Origin: Candidatus Cloacimonadota bacterium
Lineage (GTDB): Bacteria; Cloacimonadota; Cloacimonadia; G963667145
Direction of reading: 5' to 3'
Length of the DNA stretch: 64,000 bases
Assembly: GCA_963667255.1 (NCBI GenBank)
Contig: OY762940.1
Location: 960,001-1,024,000, forward strand
Part shown: piece after piece, positions 1 to 8,667 of the stretch
How the letters are laid out: each line of letters opens with the position of its first letter
How positions within the stretch are numbered: the stretch's first letter is position 1
Program-made: the position numbers and the translations under genes
The notes under the pieces: generated by a model
Database searches by the model: none
What the model saw: only the letters and a program-made list of their open reading frames with translations
What the model was told of the DNA's origin: nothing

Positions 1-240
1 CGTTTATCGGAAGAATATTGTTACTCATCAAATAAGCGTTCATCATACAGAAGTAGTTCTCTTATTTCCATCAAAGAAAAACTGTTTATCACACAAATTG
101 ACATACAATAAAATTCCGGTCTCTAATGGGTCTTTTTTGTTTTTAACTGCATTGACAATTTTATCAAACTCACCATCCAACATATCAGCAGGAATACATT
201 TCCAGCTTTTTGTTCCATTTATATGGATATTCCCATTTTT
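1..240 (-). pseudogene. Fic/Doc-family gene fragment (no start codon, frameshifted, runs off window start)
   Basis: Manual minus-strand translation gives ...LCDKQFFFDGNKRTTSV* and, after a frameshift near 45, MMNAYLMSNNILPIN. QFFFDGNKRT matches the Fic motif HPFxDGNxR. Confidence 0.6.
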
Positions 241-270
241 TAGTATAACCTACCTATTTTAAGTCAAATA

Positions 271-300
271 AAAAAGGCAAATCGATTTGATTTGCCTTTT
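271..300. terminator. Intrinsic terminator, potentially bidirectional
   Basis: AAAAGGCAAATC-gattt-GATTTGCCTTTT hairpin just downstream of the minus-strand gene ending at 317. Confidence 0.8.
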
Positions 301-316
301 GTTATAAACAGTTGAA

Positions 317-2494
317 CTATTTCTTTATTGCATTTCTGATATTTTCAGGAATGATTGGAATTTCTGGTAAGAAGATTCCTGTTGCATTGTGGAGAGCGTC
401 TCTCACGGCAGCAGCGGGGAAGTCCATCGGCAACTCACCCAACCCTTTTGGTTTGGCGGTATCGTTGTCCGTGAAGTAGATATTGAGCTCGGGAGCATCT
501 GCACAGGTGTAAGCGATGTAGTCAGTGATGGACTTGCCTCTCATGCCCACTCTCTCGATGTATTCCGTAGAGCCCCAGCCGATAGCTTGCAACACTCCGC
601 CTTGGATTTGTCCTTCGCAGATTTCTTCGTTCACTCTTTTGCCGACATCTATCCCGTTCCAAGATTTTTTGACATCAATTTGGTAAGTATCGGGGTCGTA
701 TTCAATTTCCACTATAGCACAACCCCAAGAAAAATCGCCATAGCCCATTCCTTGGTAGGTGGCGACATCGAACTGGATTGATGGGTCAAGATCAAAAGTT
801 TTGTAAAAATCTTTCGGGAATTGGTCTTGATTCTCGGCTACGAATTGCTCGATAGATTTTCCGCCAAACTCATTGGCAACCAAGTCCTTAGCCATTTTAG
901 TTAGGAGGTTGCCCACGATATAGATAGTCCGTGAGGCAACGGTCGGACCGCTGTTGGGAGCTTTTTGAGTATTGGGAGTTTGGTAAATCGTCTTTTCCAA
1001 AGGATGCCCGATGCTCTCGCTAAAGCACTGAGTCAGCGTGGTAGAGCAGCCTTGTCCCATATCGGTTGAGGACACATAGATTTTCACGACAGCATCTTTA
1101 TCAATGTTGACTCGGACTTTGGAGTTCATAGTTTTTTCGCCTGTTCCGGTAAATCCACCGCCGTGCATACCCGTGGAAATTCCCATACCTTTCTTGATTT
1201 TGCTGGTCTTGTTGAACTCCGCAAACTCTTTTACTTTTCTTTCATAATCGGACTTTTGGAGAGCAACTTTCATCGTCTCATAAACGCTGTCGATTTGGTT
1301 GACTTGATTTGTAGGGAAAATGTCTCCCTTTCGCAAAATGTTTTTCATCTTGAAATCCAAGTGACTCATACCAAGCAAGTTGGCGATTTCTTGGATATGT
1401 GCTTCTATGGCAAATTCCGATTGTGGAGCACCAAACCCGCGGAAAGCACCGTTAGGAGCGGTATTGCTCTTGAAATAGCGAGCAAATATTTTCACATCCG
1501 TGCAATTGTATGTGCCACCCGCATGCAGAGCACCTCTTGCCATTACCACGGGCGAGTGAGTGGCAAAAGCCCCTGCATCTATTCTGAAATCAACTTCGAG
1601 CTTTTCGATTTGCCCAGTTTTGGGGTCGGTGTAAGATGTAATCTCAGTTCGGCTTGGATGCCTTTTGGTCGTTACTTGGATGTCGGTTTCTCTATCCAAA
1701 ACCAATTTCACCTTGCCACCGCCATTTTTGTAAGAAAGCAAACTGGCGATGCCTGCCAAAATATTTGGGTAATCCTCTTTACCTCCGAAGGCTCCGCCAA
1801 GGGCATCTGCTTCTTCGACTTCCACCTTGTTTACCGTGTCTCCAAAAAATATTTCGATAGCCTCGTGAATGTAGTATGGACATTGGCAGGCAGCTTTTAC
1901 AAACATGCGTTTTTCAGTTGGGAAAAACTCGGCGACAACTCCTTGCGGCTCCAAATAGAGTTGCTCTTGATGAGGTGTGTAGTAAACGCTGTGATGTTTC
2001 AGCCAAGACGGGTCAATCTCTTTGTGCTTGTGATTATCGATAACTATCTGAGATTTGATAGGATTGCCAATGTCGGCAGGGTCAAACGGGAAAGCGTTCT
2101 TTTCGTCATCCAAGCATTTCTTAAATTCCGTGATAGCAGGAAGTTCCGTATAATCAATCTCAATTTTATTCATGAACTGCTCCAAGATGTCTTTGTCCCG
2201 ATGAGCTACACCCATGATTGGTTGACCGTAATATTCCACCTCTGTTTCCGCAAAAAGAGGTTGGGTCATTATGGGATTTTCCACGATGTTTTTCCCGGGA
2301 ATGTCTTTGGCATTAACGATAACAAACTCGTCCAAATTGAACTCTTTGGGGAAATTGATTTTGTTGATTTTGGCGTGATCTTTGGTGGAATATACGAACT
2401 TGGCATTGAGCATATTCGGACAGTTTATATCATCAACGAACTTTACCGTTCCTTCCAACTTTCGCATTGCATCAACTTTTTTGATACTTTTCAT
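317..2494 (-). CDS. Xanthine dehydrogenase/aldehyde oxidase family molybdopterin-binding subunit
   Basis: 725 aa with GGAFGGK, AFRGFGAPQ, DMGQG, GPTVASR and KGLGE motifs. Confidence 0.93.
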   Translation of the reverse strand: MKSIKKVDAMRKLEGTVKFVDDINCPNMLNAKFVYSTKDHAKINKINFPKEFNLDEFVIVNAKDIPGKNIVENPIMTQPLFAETEVEYYGQPIMGVAHRDKDILEQFMNKIEIDYTELPAITEFKKCLDDEKNAFPFDPADIGNPIKSQIVIDNHKHKEIDPSWLKHHSVYYTPHQEQLYLEPQGVVAEFFPTEKRMFVKAACQCPYYIHEAIEIFFGDTVNKVEVEEADALGGAFGGKEDYPNILAGIASLLSYKNGGGKVKLVLDRETDIQVTTKRHPSRTEITSYTDPKTGQIEKLEVDFRIDAGAFATHSPVVMARGALHAGGTYNCTDVKIFARYFKSNTAPNGAFRGFGAPQSEFAIEAHIQEIANLLGMSHLDFKMKNILRKGDIFPTNQVNQIDSVYETMKVALQKSDYERKVKEFAEFNKTSKIKKGMGISTGMHGGGFTGTGEKTMNSKVRVNIDKDAVVKIYVSSTDMGQGCSTTLTQCFSESIGHPLEKTIYQTPNTQKAPNSGPTVASRTIYIVGNLLTKMAKDLVANEFGGKSIEQFVAENQDQFPKDFYKTFDLDPSIQFDVATYQGMGYGDFSWGCAIVEIEYDPDTYQIDVKKSWNGIDVGKRVNEEICEGQIQGGVLQAIGWGSTEYIERVGMRGKSITDYIAYTCADAPELNIYFTDNDTAKPKGLGELPMDFPAAAVRDALHNATGIFLPEIPIIPENIRNAIKK

Positions 2495-2570
2495 ATTTAA
2501 ACTCCAAAAATTTTATTCAAAATCGTTGATTTGCTCTATGAAGAATTTTGTCAAATTTTTTAAAAAGATA

Positions 2571-2605
2571 TTGACACAAAATCTAATTGAGAATGATTCG
2601 CATTT
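2571..2605 (+). promoter_or_regulatory. Promoter (-35 TTGACA) overlapped by a Fur box
   Basis: TTGACA at 2571. The 7-1-7 element TGAGAAT-G-ATTCGCA (2588-2602) resembles the Fur consensus and lies directly upstream of fur-feo. Confidence 0.7.
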
Positions 2606-2617
2606 GTAATTGACGAG

Positions 2618-3298
2618 GTGTTCATGAAAGAGAAAAAAATTGTTTTGCAAGAGCTAAAAGGAAAAGGGTTCAAAATCACCAAAGAGAGAGAGTTGATAGT
2701 TGGCTATGTTTTTTCCAATCACGACCATTTCTCCGTGGATGATATTTACACCTATTTTCTGGAGCAGGGAGTTGATGTCTCTCGTGCTACTATTTACAGA
2801 ACTTTGCCGATATTGGAAGAGTGCAATTTGATAAAGAAGACTGTGGGCAACGGAGAAAAGGAGTTTTACGAGCATATTTTCGGACACAAGAAACATTTTC
2901 ACATGGTGTGTCAGAAGTGTGGTAAGATTGCCGAATATCCTATCGACATGATTAGACCTGCTTTGTTGGAAATTTGTGAGAAGTCCGGTTTTGAGTTGTC
3001 GAGTTGCGAATTGAGTTTATTTGGAGAGTGTGATGAGTGTAAAAATTTTACTCAAAGGAGAGTAAATATGAAACTTAAAGATTTGAAAGTTGGGGACAAG
3101 GCGAAAATTTTGTCGTATGATACGGACGATAGGAGTTATCGCAAGAAACTTTTGGCTATGGGTTTGGTCAAAAATAAGATTTTTGAGGTGCTGAGAGTGG
3201 CTCCTATGGGCGACCCTGTGGAGATTTTGATTAACAATTTTAATCTGACTTTGCGGAAAAAAGAGGCTGATGCTCTGAATGTGGAGGTTGTATTATGA
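2618..3298 (+). CDS. fur: Fur-family regulator read in frame into an FeoA domain (FeoA has its own RBS and ATG at 3068)
   Basis: N-terminal SRATIYRTL, HFHMVCQKCG and CDEC motifs. C-terminal RKKLLAMGL...APMGDP. AAGGAG precedes ATG 3068. Confidence 0.88.
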   Translation: MFMKEKKIVLQELKGKGFKITKERELIVGYVFSNHDHFSVDDIYTYFLEQGVDVSRATIYRTLPILEECNLIKKTVGNGEKEFYEHIFGHKKHFHMVCQKCGKIAEYPIDMIRPALLEICEKSGFELSSCELSLFGECDECKNFTQRRVNMKLKDLKVGDKAKILSYDTDDRSYRKKLLAMGLVKNKIFEVLRVAPMGDPVEILINNFNLTLRKKEADALNVEVVL

Positions 3299-5577
3299 GC
3301 AAAAAATTTACGATAGCGGTAACTGGTAATCCCAATTGTGGCAAGACGACTTTGTTTAACGCTTTGACCGGAAGTAAGCAGTATGTGGGGAACTGGCCAG
3401 GTGTGACGGTGGAGCAAAAAAGCGGTAAGATGAAATACGGGGGTTATGAGATAGAAGTGGTGGATACTCCCGGGATTTACTCCATGACCAGTTTTTCCAT
3501 AGATGAGAAGGTGACCAGAGATTACATTTTATCGGGAAATGCTGATGTAGTGGTCAACATTATAGATGCTACGAATGTGGAGCGGAGTCTGTATTTGCTC
3601 ACTCAACTCTTGGAGATGCGAGTTCCTGTGGTGGTGGCTCTGAATATGATGGATGCTGCCAAGAGAAAGAAGATAAAAATTGAGATTGAACACCTTGCCA
3701 CTCATTTGGATTGTCCGGTTGTGCCGATAGTGGCAGCACAAAATAAGGGTTTGGAAGAGTTTAAACAAACTGTGATTAAGCAGATAGAAGAGAAGAAAAT
3801 CTCTTCTGCTCAGGTTGCTTACGATTCGGTGGTGGAGGACAAAATCAAAGAGTTGCTTCCGTTGGTAGAGCCATTTGCACAAGAGGCTGAGGTTGATGTT
3901 CGTTGGTTGACTATCAAGTTGTTGGAAGACGATGAATTTGCATATGAGGTTATCGGCGATAGCTTGAACGAACAGGTAGAATTGGCGGCTTCACAGGTGG
4001 AAAAGCACACCGGAGAGGATATCGATTTGATGATTTCGGACGGCAAATACGGTTTCATCAACGGAATAGTGGAAGATGTGGTAAATCGCAGTGACCAGAT
4101 TGGGAAATCTGTTACGGAGGCGATTGACAAGGTGGTTCTCAATCGGATTATCGGCATTCCTTTGTTTCTGGTTTTGATGTATTTTGTCTTTTGGATTTCG
4201 GTTAATATTTCCGGTCCGTTCATCGATTTTTTTGATGGTTTCACAGGGACGATTTTTGTCGATGGATTTGGGACATTGCTTGAGAATATGGGGATTCCCG
4301 TTTGGATAAATACGCTACTTTCTGGTGGTATTGGCGGTGGTATTCAGACTGTTTCGACTTTCATCCCGCCGATTTTCTTCACATTTTTATGTTTGTCGAT
4401 TTTGGAAGACTCTGGATATATGGCGAGGGCTGCTTTCGTGATGGATAAACTTATGAAATCTATCGGTTTGCCCGGAAAATCTTTTGTGCCGATGTTGGTT
4501 GGGTTTGGTTGCACAGTCCCCGCTATTATGGCTACGCGGACATTGGAGAGTCGCAAGGACCGCTTTTTGACGATAATGATGTCGCCATTTATGTCTTGCG
4601 GGGCACGACTTCCTGTTTATGTGCTTTTTGGTGCAGCTTTCTTCCCAAATAATGCAGGCAAGATGGTTTTTTCTCTTTACATAATTGGAATTTTGTTGGC
4701 AATTTTCACCGGATTTTTGATGAAAAAAACTCTTGTGAAAGGTGATGTTTCTACATTTGTGATGGAGCTCCCGAGCTATCATGTGCCTACTGTGAGAGGG
4801 ATTTTGTATCACACATGGCAAAGGCTGAAGGTGTTTATCAAGCGAGCAGGTAAGGCGATTATGGTGATAGTTGTTATCTTGAGTTTCCTCAATTCCATAG
4901 GAACTGACGGCACTTTCGGCAACGAAGACAGCGATATTTCGGTGTTGTCCAAGATTGGCAAGAGCATTACGCCTGTGTTCACACCGATGGGTCTCCAAGA
5001 AGAAAATTGGCCTGCAACCGTTGGTTTGTTTACAGGTATTTTTGCCAAAGAGGCTGTTGTCGGCACACTCAATTCTCTTTACGATAGAGGAGACGAAGCG
5101 GAGGAAGGTGAAGAGGGATTCGATTTTTGGGGCGGAATAGAAGAGTCGTTTATAGCTTTGGGCGAAGGTTTTGCCAATGTATTCTCGACATTTACCGACC
5201 CGCTGGGATTTGCCGATGTGGGCGAAGACCAAGAGGGAGTTACCGAGATGTTGGAACTCCACGAGAACACTTTCGGAGATATGATTTCCCGATTTGGCAG
5301 TAATTCTGCGGCTTATGCGTATCTTTTATTCATCTTGATTTATGTGCCTTGTGTGGCAGCTGTGGGAGCGATTTTTAGAGAGACGAACTTGAGTTGGACG
5401 GTGCTGATTAGTGTTTATTTGACAGTGCTTGCTTGGTGTGTGGCGACGGTATTTTACCAATTGGCAAATTTTTTCGCTCATCCTGGGTCGTCGTCGCTAA
5501 CAATTCTTTTGACAGTTGTAGGGTTTAGTTTAGGTTTGTTTTTGTTGAGCAAATATCACAAGCCTGTTGAAGATTAA
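3295..5577 (+). CDS. feoB: Ferrous iron transporter FeoB
   Basis: GNPNCGKT, VGNWPGVTVE, DTPG and NMMD G-motifs plus gate/TM domains. Confidence 0.97.
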   Translation: MSKKFTIAVTGNPNCGKTTLFNALTGSKQYVGNWPGVTVEQKSGKMKYGGYEIEVVDTPGIYSMTSFSIDEKVTRDYILSGNADVVVNIIDATNVERSLYLLTQLLEMRVPVVVALNMMDAAKRKKIKIEIEHLATHLDCPVVPIVAAQNKGLEEFKQTVIKQIEEKKISSAQVAYDSVVEDKIKELLPLVEPFAQEAEVDVRWLTIKLLEDDEFAYEVIGDSLNEQVELAASQVEKHTGEDIDLMISDGKYGFINGIVEDVVNRSDQIGKSVTEAIDKVVLNRIIGIPLFLVLMYFVFWISVNISGPFIDFFDGFTGTIFVDGFGTLLENMGIPVWINTLLSGGIGGGIQTVSTFIPPIFFTFLCLSILEDSGYMARAAFVMDKLMKSIGLPGKSFVPMLVGFGCTVPAIMATRTLESRKDRFLTIMMSPFMSCGARLPVYVLFGAAFFPNNAGKMVFSLYIIGILLAIFTGFLMKKTLVKGDVSTFVMELPSYHVPTVRGILYHTWQRLKVFIKRAGKAIMVIVVILSFLNSIGTDGTFGNEDSDISVLSKIGKSITPVFTPMGLQEENWPATVGLFTGIFAKEAVVGTLNSLYDRGDEAEEGEEGFDFWGGIEESFIALGEGFANVFSTFTDPLGFADVGEDQEGVTEMLELHENTFGDMISRFGSNSAAYAYLLFILIYVPCVAAVGAIFRETNLSWTVLISVYLTVLAWCVATVFYQLANFFAHPGSSSLTILLTVVGFSLGLFLLSKYHKPVED

Positions 5578-5593
5578 AAGTTTTGGAGGAAAT

Positions 5594-5917
5594 ATGAGAT
5601 TTTTTCACGGTAGAAGAGACGGCTCGGGTATGGGTAGAGGTCGTGGATATTTTGGAGAGGGCGACAGACAAGAGAGATTGCGTAGATGTGAAGGTCGCAT
5701 GATGGAGGGGAGTTTTCCTCTTGCGGAATTGCCAGAGGGAGAAAGAGCCAAAATTGTAATCAATCCCGATGAGCAGACAGTGGGAATGGGGCTGTTTAGC
5801 GGACAAATTATCAGAATGAGCAAGAACGATGCGAACGAAGATAATTTGGTGGTGTGCGTAGGAGAGACCCGATTGATAGTGCCCAAGAAAACTGGCATGG
5901 AAATAGTTGTCAGATAA
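5594..5917 (+). CDS. feoA: Second FeoA-family protein with Gly/Arg-rich N-terminus
   Basis: GGAGG RBS then ATG 5594. PLAELPEGERAKI...MGLFSGQII FeoA-like pattern and operon position. Confidence 0.75.
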   Translation: MRFFHGRRDGSGMGRGRGYFGEGDRQERLRRCEGRMMEGSFPLAELPEGERAKIVINPDEQTVGMGLFSGQIIRMSKNDANEDNLVVCVGETRLIVPKKTGMEIVVR

Positions 5918-5936
5918 TATTTTATGTGATTTAATG

Positions 5937-5974
5937 ATGTAGCAATCTGACTTGACAGGTTGCTACATTTTTTT
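5937..5974 (+). terminator. Intra-operon hairpin plus T-tract
   Basis: ATGTAGCAATCTG-acttga-CAGGTTGCTACAT-TTTTTT. Confidence 0.6.
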
Positions 5975-5985
5975 ATGAGGAAATT

Positions 5986-6216
5986 ATGTTACGAGAGTTG
6001 ATGACGATTTTGAGTGAGCGAGGACTGACATCTTTGCTGGATTTGAGCCTGTCTCTCAAAAAAGACCCGCAGACAATCAGCATGGCTCTGCAACAGCTTG
6101 AACGCAAGGGACGAGTGGAGAAAGTCGAGATTTTGCCCGATTGTAAAGGTGGTTGCAAAGGTTGTCTCGGCTGTCAGAAAGAGCGGACGATTTTTTATAA
6201 GTTGGGAACAAAATAG
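5986..6216 (+). CDS. feoC: FeoC-like winged-helix Fe-S protein
   Basis: 76 aa, wHTH-like N-terminus, LERKGRV, CKGGCKGCLGC, last gene of the feo cluster. Confidence 0.8.
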   Translation: MLRELMTILSERGLTSLLDLSLSLKKDPQTISMALQQLERKGRVEKVEILPDCKGGCKGCLGCQKERTIFYKLGTK

Positions 6217-6324
6217 ATTACTAAGAATTTTTGCACAGTAAATCCCATGTTTCACAAATTTTTATAGACAGAAATCAACCTTTCCCGTTCTTTGCCGAAA
6301 AATATTTGAGCTTTTGGGGAAGTC

Positions 6325-8667
6325 ATGTTTAGAGTTAATAAAAAAATTCATTATTCTTTAGGAACGGTCATTTTCTTTGTAGCTTTGGTCGTTTACACTT
6401 ACTGCCAGAGTCGCACCGTAAACTTTTGGGATTGCGGAGAGTTCATCCCGGGTTGCACTTTTTTGGGAGTGCCACATCCTCCGGGAAACCCTTTTTATGT
6501 CTTGTTGGGTAAGTTTCTCAAAGTCGTAACTTTTGGGCTTGTCGAGGACGCCATTCTGATTAATTTTTATTCTGGTTTGTTGTCGGCTTTTGCGGTTCTG
6601 CTCACCTATCTCATTGCTGTCAAACTTTGCAAGCTGATGTTTAGCAGGAGCGATGAGCAAATTTACGCTTATTTCATCGGTGTTATCGCTGCTCTGCTAT
6701 CGGCTTTTTCCAACTCTATTTGGGATAACGCCATCGAGGCGGAAGTTTACGGAGGAGCTTTGTTCTTCGTTAATCTCTGCATTTGGCTGACACTGGTGTG
6801 GAGAGAGAAGTATGCTGATTTGGGCGGACAAAATATTTTGCTCGTGATAGTTTACTTGCTTTTTCTTGGATTTAGTTTTCACCAAACCGCTTTACAGATA
6901 GTTCCGGCGATTTTGTTCGTGGCGATTTATCCCAAGATTCACGCCCACATTCATGATAACAATTTTTGGATTAAAGTAGGAATTTACGGGTTCTGTTTGT
7001 TGGCAGTTTTGTTGCTCGGTTACCCAATCGGCGAAGCTCTCGGTTTTGCGAGTTTATCCAAGCTATTATTCGGTTTGGCGGCATTTTGCTTGTTATACTA
7101 TTTCCTCAAAGAAGATGTTGGCAAAAGAGTTTGGATTTTGGGAGCAGTGCTTATTGTTTTGGGATTGTCGTGCCATGTATTGCTGATGATTAGAGCCGCA
7201 CAACTCCCGTATATCAACGAGTCTGACCCTGCAACTTGGAACGCTTTTGTTGATTTTATCTTGCGTAAACAATACGGTGGCTCAAACTTTATGCACAGAA
7301 ATTCGCCCATCGGCTATCAGATAAATTTCCATTTTATGCGATATTTCGGACAGCAGTTTTTTTACATTCCTTTCATTAGCAATCTTTTTAAAATGTCCAC
7401 GGGCGTTGTTACATTTTTAGTTCATTGGTTCATTTTTTTGGTTGGAGTAGCTGGTGCCGTTTTCCATTTCAGAACAAGCAAAAGGTCTTTTATTTACTTC
7501 TTCTCTTTTGTGTTTATGACGACTGTTGCGATGATAATCGTGATGAACCTTAGCGACCATGAGGTGAGAAACAGGCAGTATTTCTTTGCTTCCGCTTATA
7601 ATTTGTGGACGATTTGGATGGCTATGGGGCTTGTTTGGATTGCTTATTTGCTCAAGGAGAAGAAGGCGATTTCCACTATTGTTTTGGTTGCTTTGCTTGC
7701 TTTTCCGGTGGTCAATTTTGCTTCGATGTTTTATGTTCACAATCGTCATAACAACTACACGGCGATGGAGTATGCTTTCAATTTCCTCAACTCTTGCGAG
7801 GAGAATGCCATTCTCTTCACCAATGGCGACAACGATACATTTCCTCTGTGGTATGCACAGGCTTGCTACGACTCTTACAGCAAGAAGCACGAAGTTGTGC
7901 CTCCTGCTACCGGCGTAGTGCCCGACGAGCGGACGATGAAGAGATTGCTTAGCATCAAATCTCTGACCGAGGCTCAAAGGAAAGGTATTCGCCCAGATGT
8001 AGCGGTTGTCAATCTCAGTCTGATAAACACGCCGTGGTATATCAAGCAGATGCGAGACAAGGACGGTGTGATTTTCGGTTGGTCGGATTCGGAGATAGAC
8101 AGATTGCGACCATTTTATGTGCAAGAGGACAGGACTTTCCGTTTGTATGATGAGGAAAGCGGGAAGGTTTTGCTCTCTACCAAGATTGCCAAAGGTCAGG
8201 TGATGTATGTTCGCGATTTGGCTATTTTGCAGATTATTAAGAACAATTTTGGCAAGCGACCCATCTACTTTGCATCCACCTCTTCCAACGATGTGCTTTT
8301 CCACGAGCATTGGCAAGACGAGGGATTTGTGCAAAGAGTTGTCGTCAATCCCGACGAAAAGTTGGGCTTGCAAAGAGCTATAAATAACCTCTTGAATGTT
8401 TGCATGATTGAGAGTTTCGAGGACAAATCTTATCACAAAGATTCCGATGTTTCCAGAATGAGCAATTTCGTGGCGAATGTTTTCTATAGAACGCATGTCA
8501 ATTTGGCGTCCAAAACATCCAATTTAGAATTAGCCGGAGTGATGATTGATAAAGCCGTTTCTCTTTCCACAGGGGAATACAACAGAGCGTTTTCTCATCA
8601 AAAAGAGTTGTTCCAAAACTATGTCAGACAACTGGAGAGTCAAAACGCAGTGAGTGGAGACAAATAA
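6325..8667 (+). CDS. DUF2723 polytopic membrane protein (GT-C/TMEM260-like)
   Basis: FWDCGEFI, GVPHPPGNP, AIEAEVY and FTNGDNDTFPLWY motifs. Confidence 0.88.
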   Translation: MFRVNKKIHYSLGTVIFFVALVVYTYCQSRTVNFWDCGEFIPGCTFLGVPHPPGNPFYVLLGKFLKVVTFGLVEDAILINFYSGLLSAFAVLLTYLIAVKLCKLMFSRSDEQIYAYFIGVIAALLSAFSNSIWDNAIEAEVYGGALFFVNLCIWLTLVWREKYADLGGQNILLVIVYLLFLGFSFHQTALQIVPAILFVAIYPKIHAHIHDNNFWIKVGIYGFCLLAVLLLGYPIGEALGFASLSKLLFGLAAFCLLYYFLKEDVGKRVWILGAVLIVLGLSCHVLLMIRAAQLPYINESDPATWNAFVDFILRKQYGGSNFMHRNSPIGYQINFHFMRYFGQQFFYIPFISNLFKMSTGVVTFLVHWFIFLVGVAGAVFHFRTSKRSFIYFFSFVFMTTVAMIIVMNLSDHEVRNRQYFFASAYNLWTIWMAMGLVWIAYLLKEKKAISTIVLVALLAFPVVNFASMFYVHNRHNNYTAMEYAFNFLNSCEENAILFTNGDNDTFPLWYAQACYDSYSKKHEVVPPATGVVPDERTMKRLLSIKSLTEAQRKGIRPDVAVVNLSLINTPWYIKQMRDKDGVIFGWSDSEIDRLRPFYVQEDRTFRLYDEESGKVLLSTKIAKGQVMYVRDLAILQIIKNNFGKRPIYFASTSSNDVLFHEHWQDEGFVQRVVVNPDEKLGLQRAINNLLNVCMIESFEDKSYHKDSDVSRMSNFVANVFYRTHVNLASKTSNLELAGVMIDKAVSLSTGEYNRAFSHQKELFQNYVRQLESQNAVSGDK

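Noticed and set aside
1163..2500. 445-aa plus-strand ORF, and similar long antisense ORFs (4387-5262, 7417-8496, 9252-9992, 56486-57895)
   Set aside because: They are shadows of well-supported genes on the opposite strand and have no recognisable motifs.
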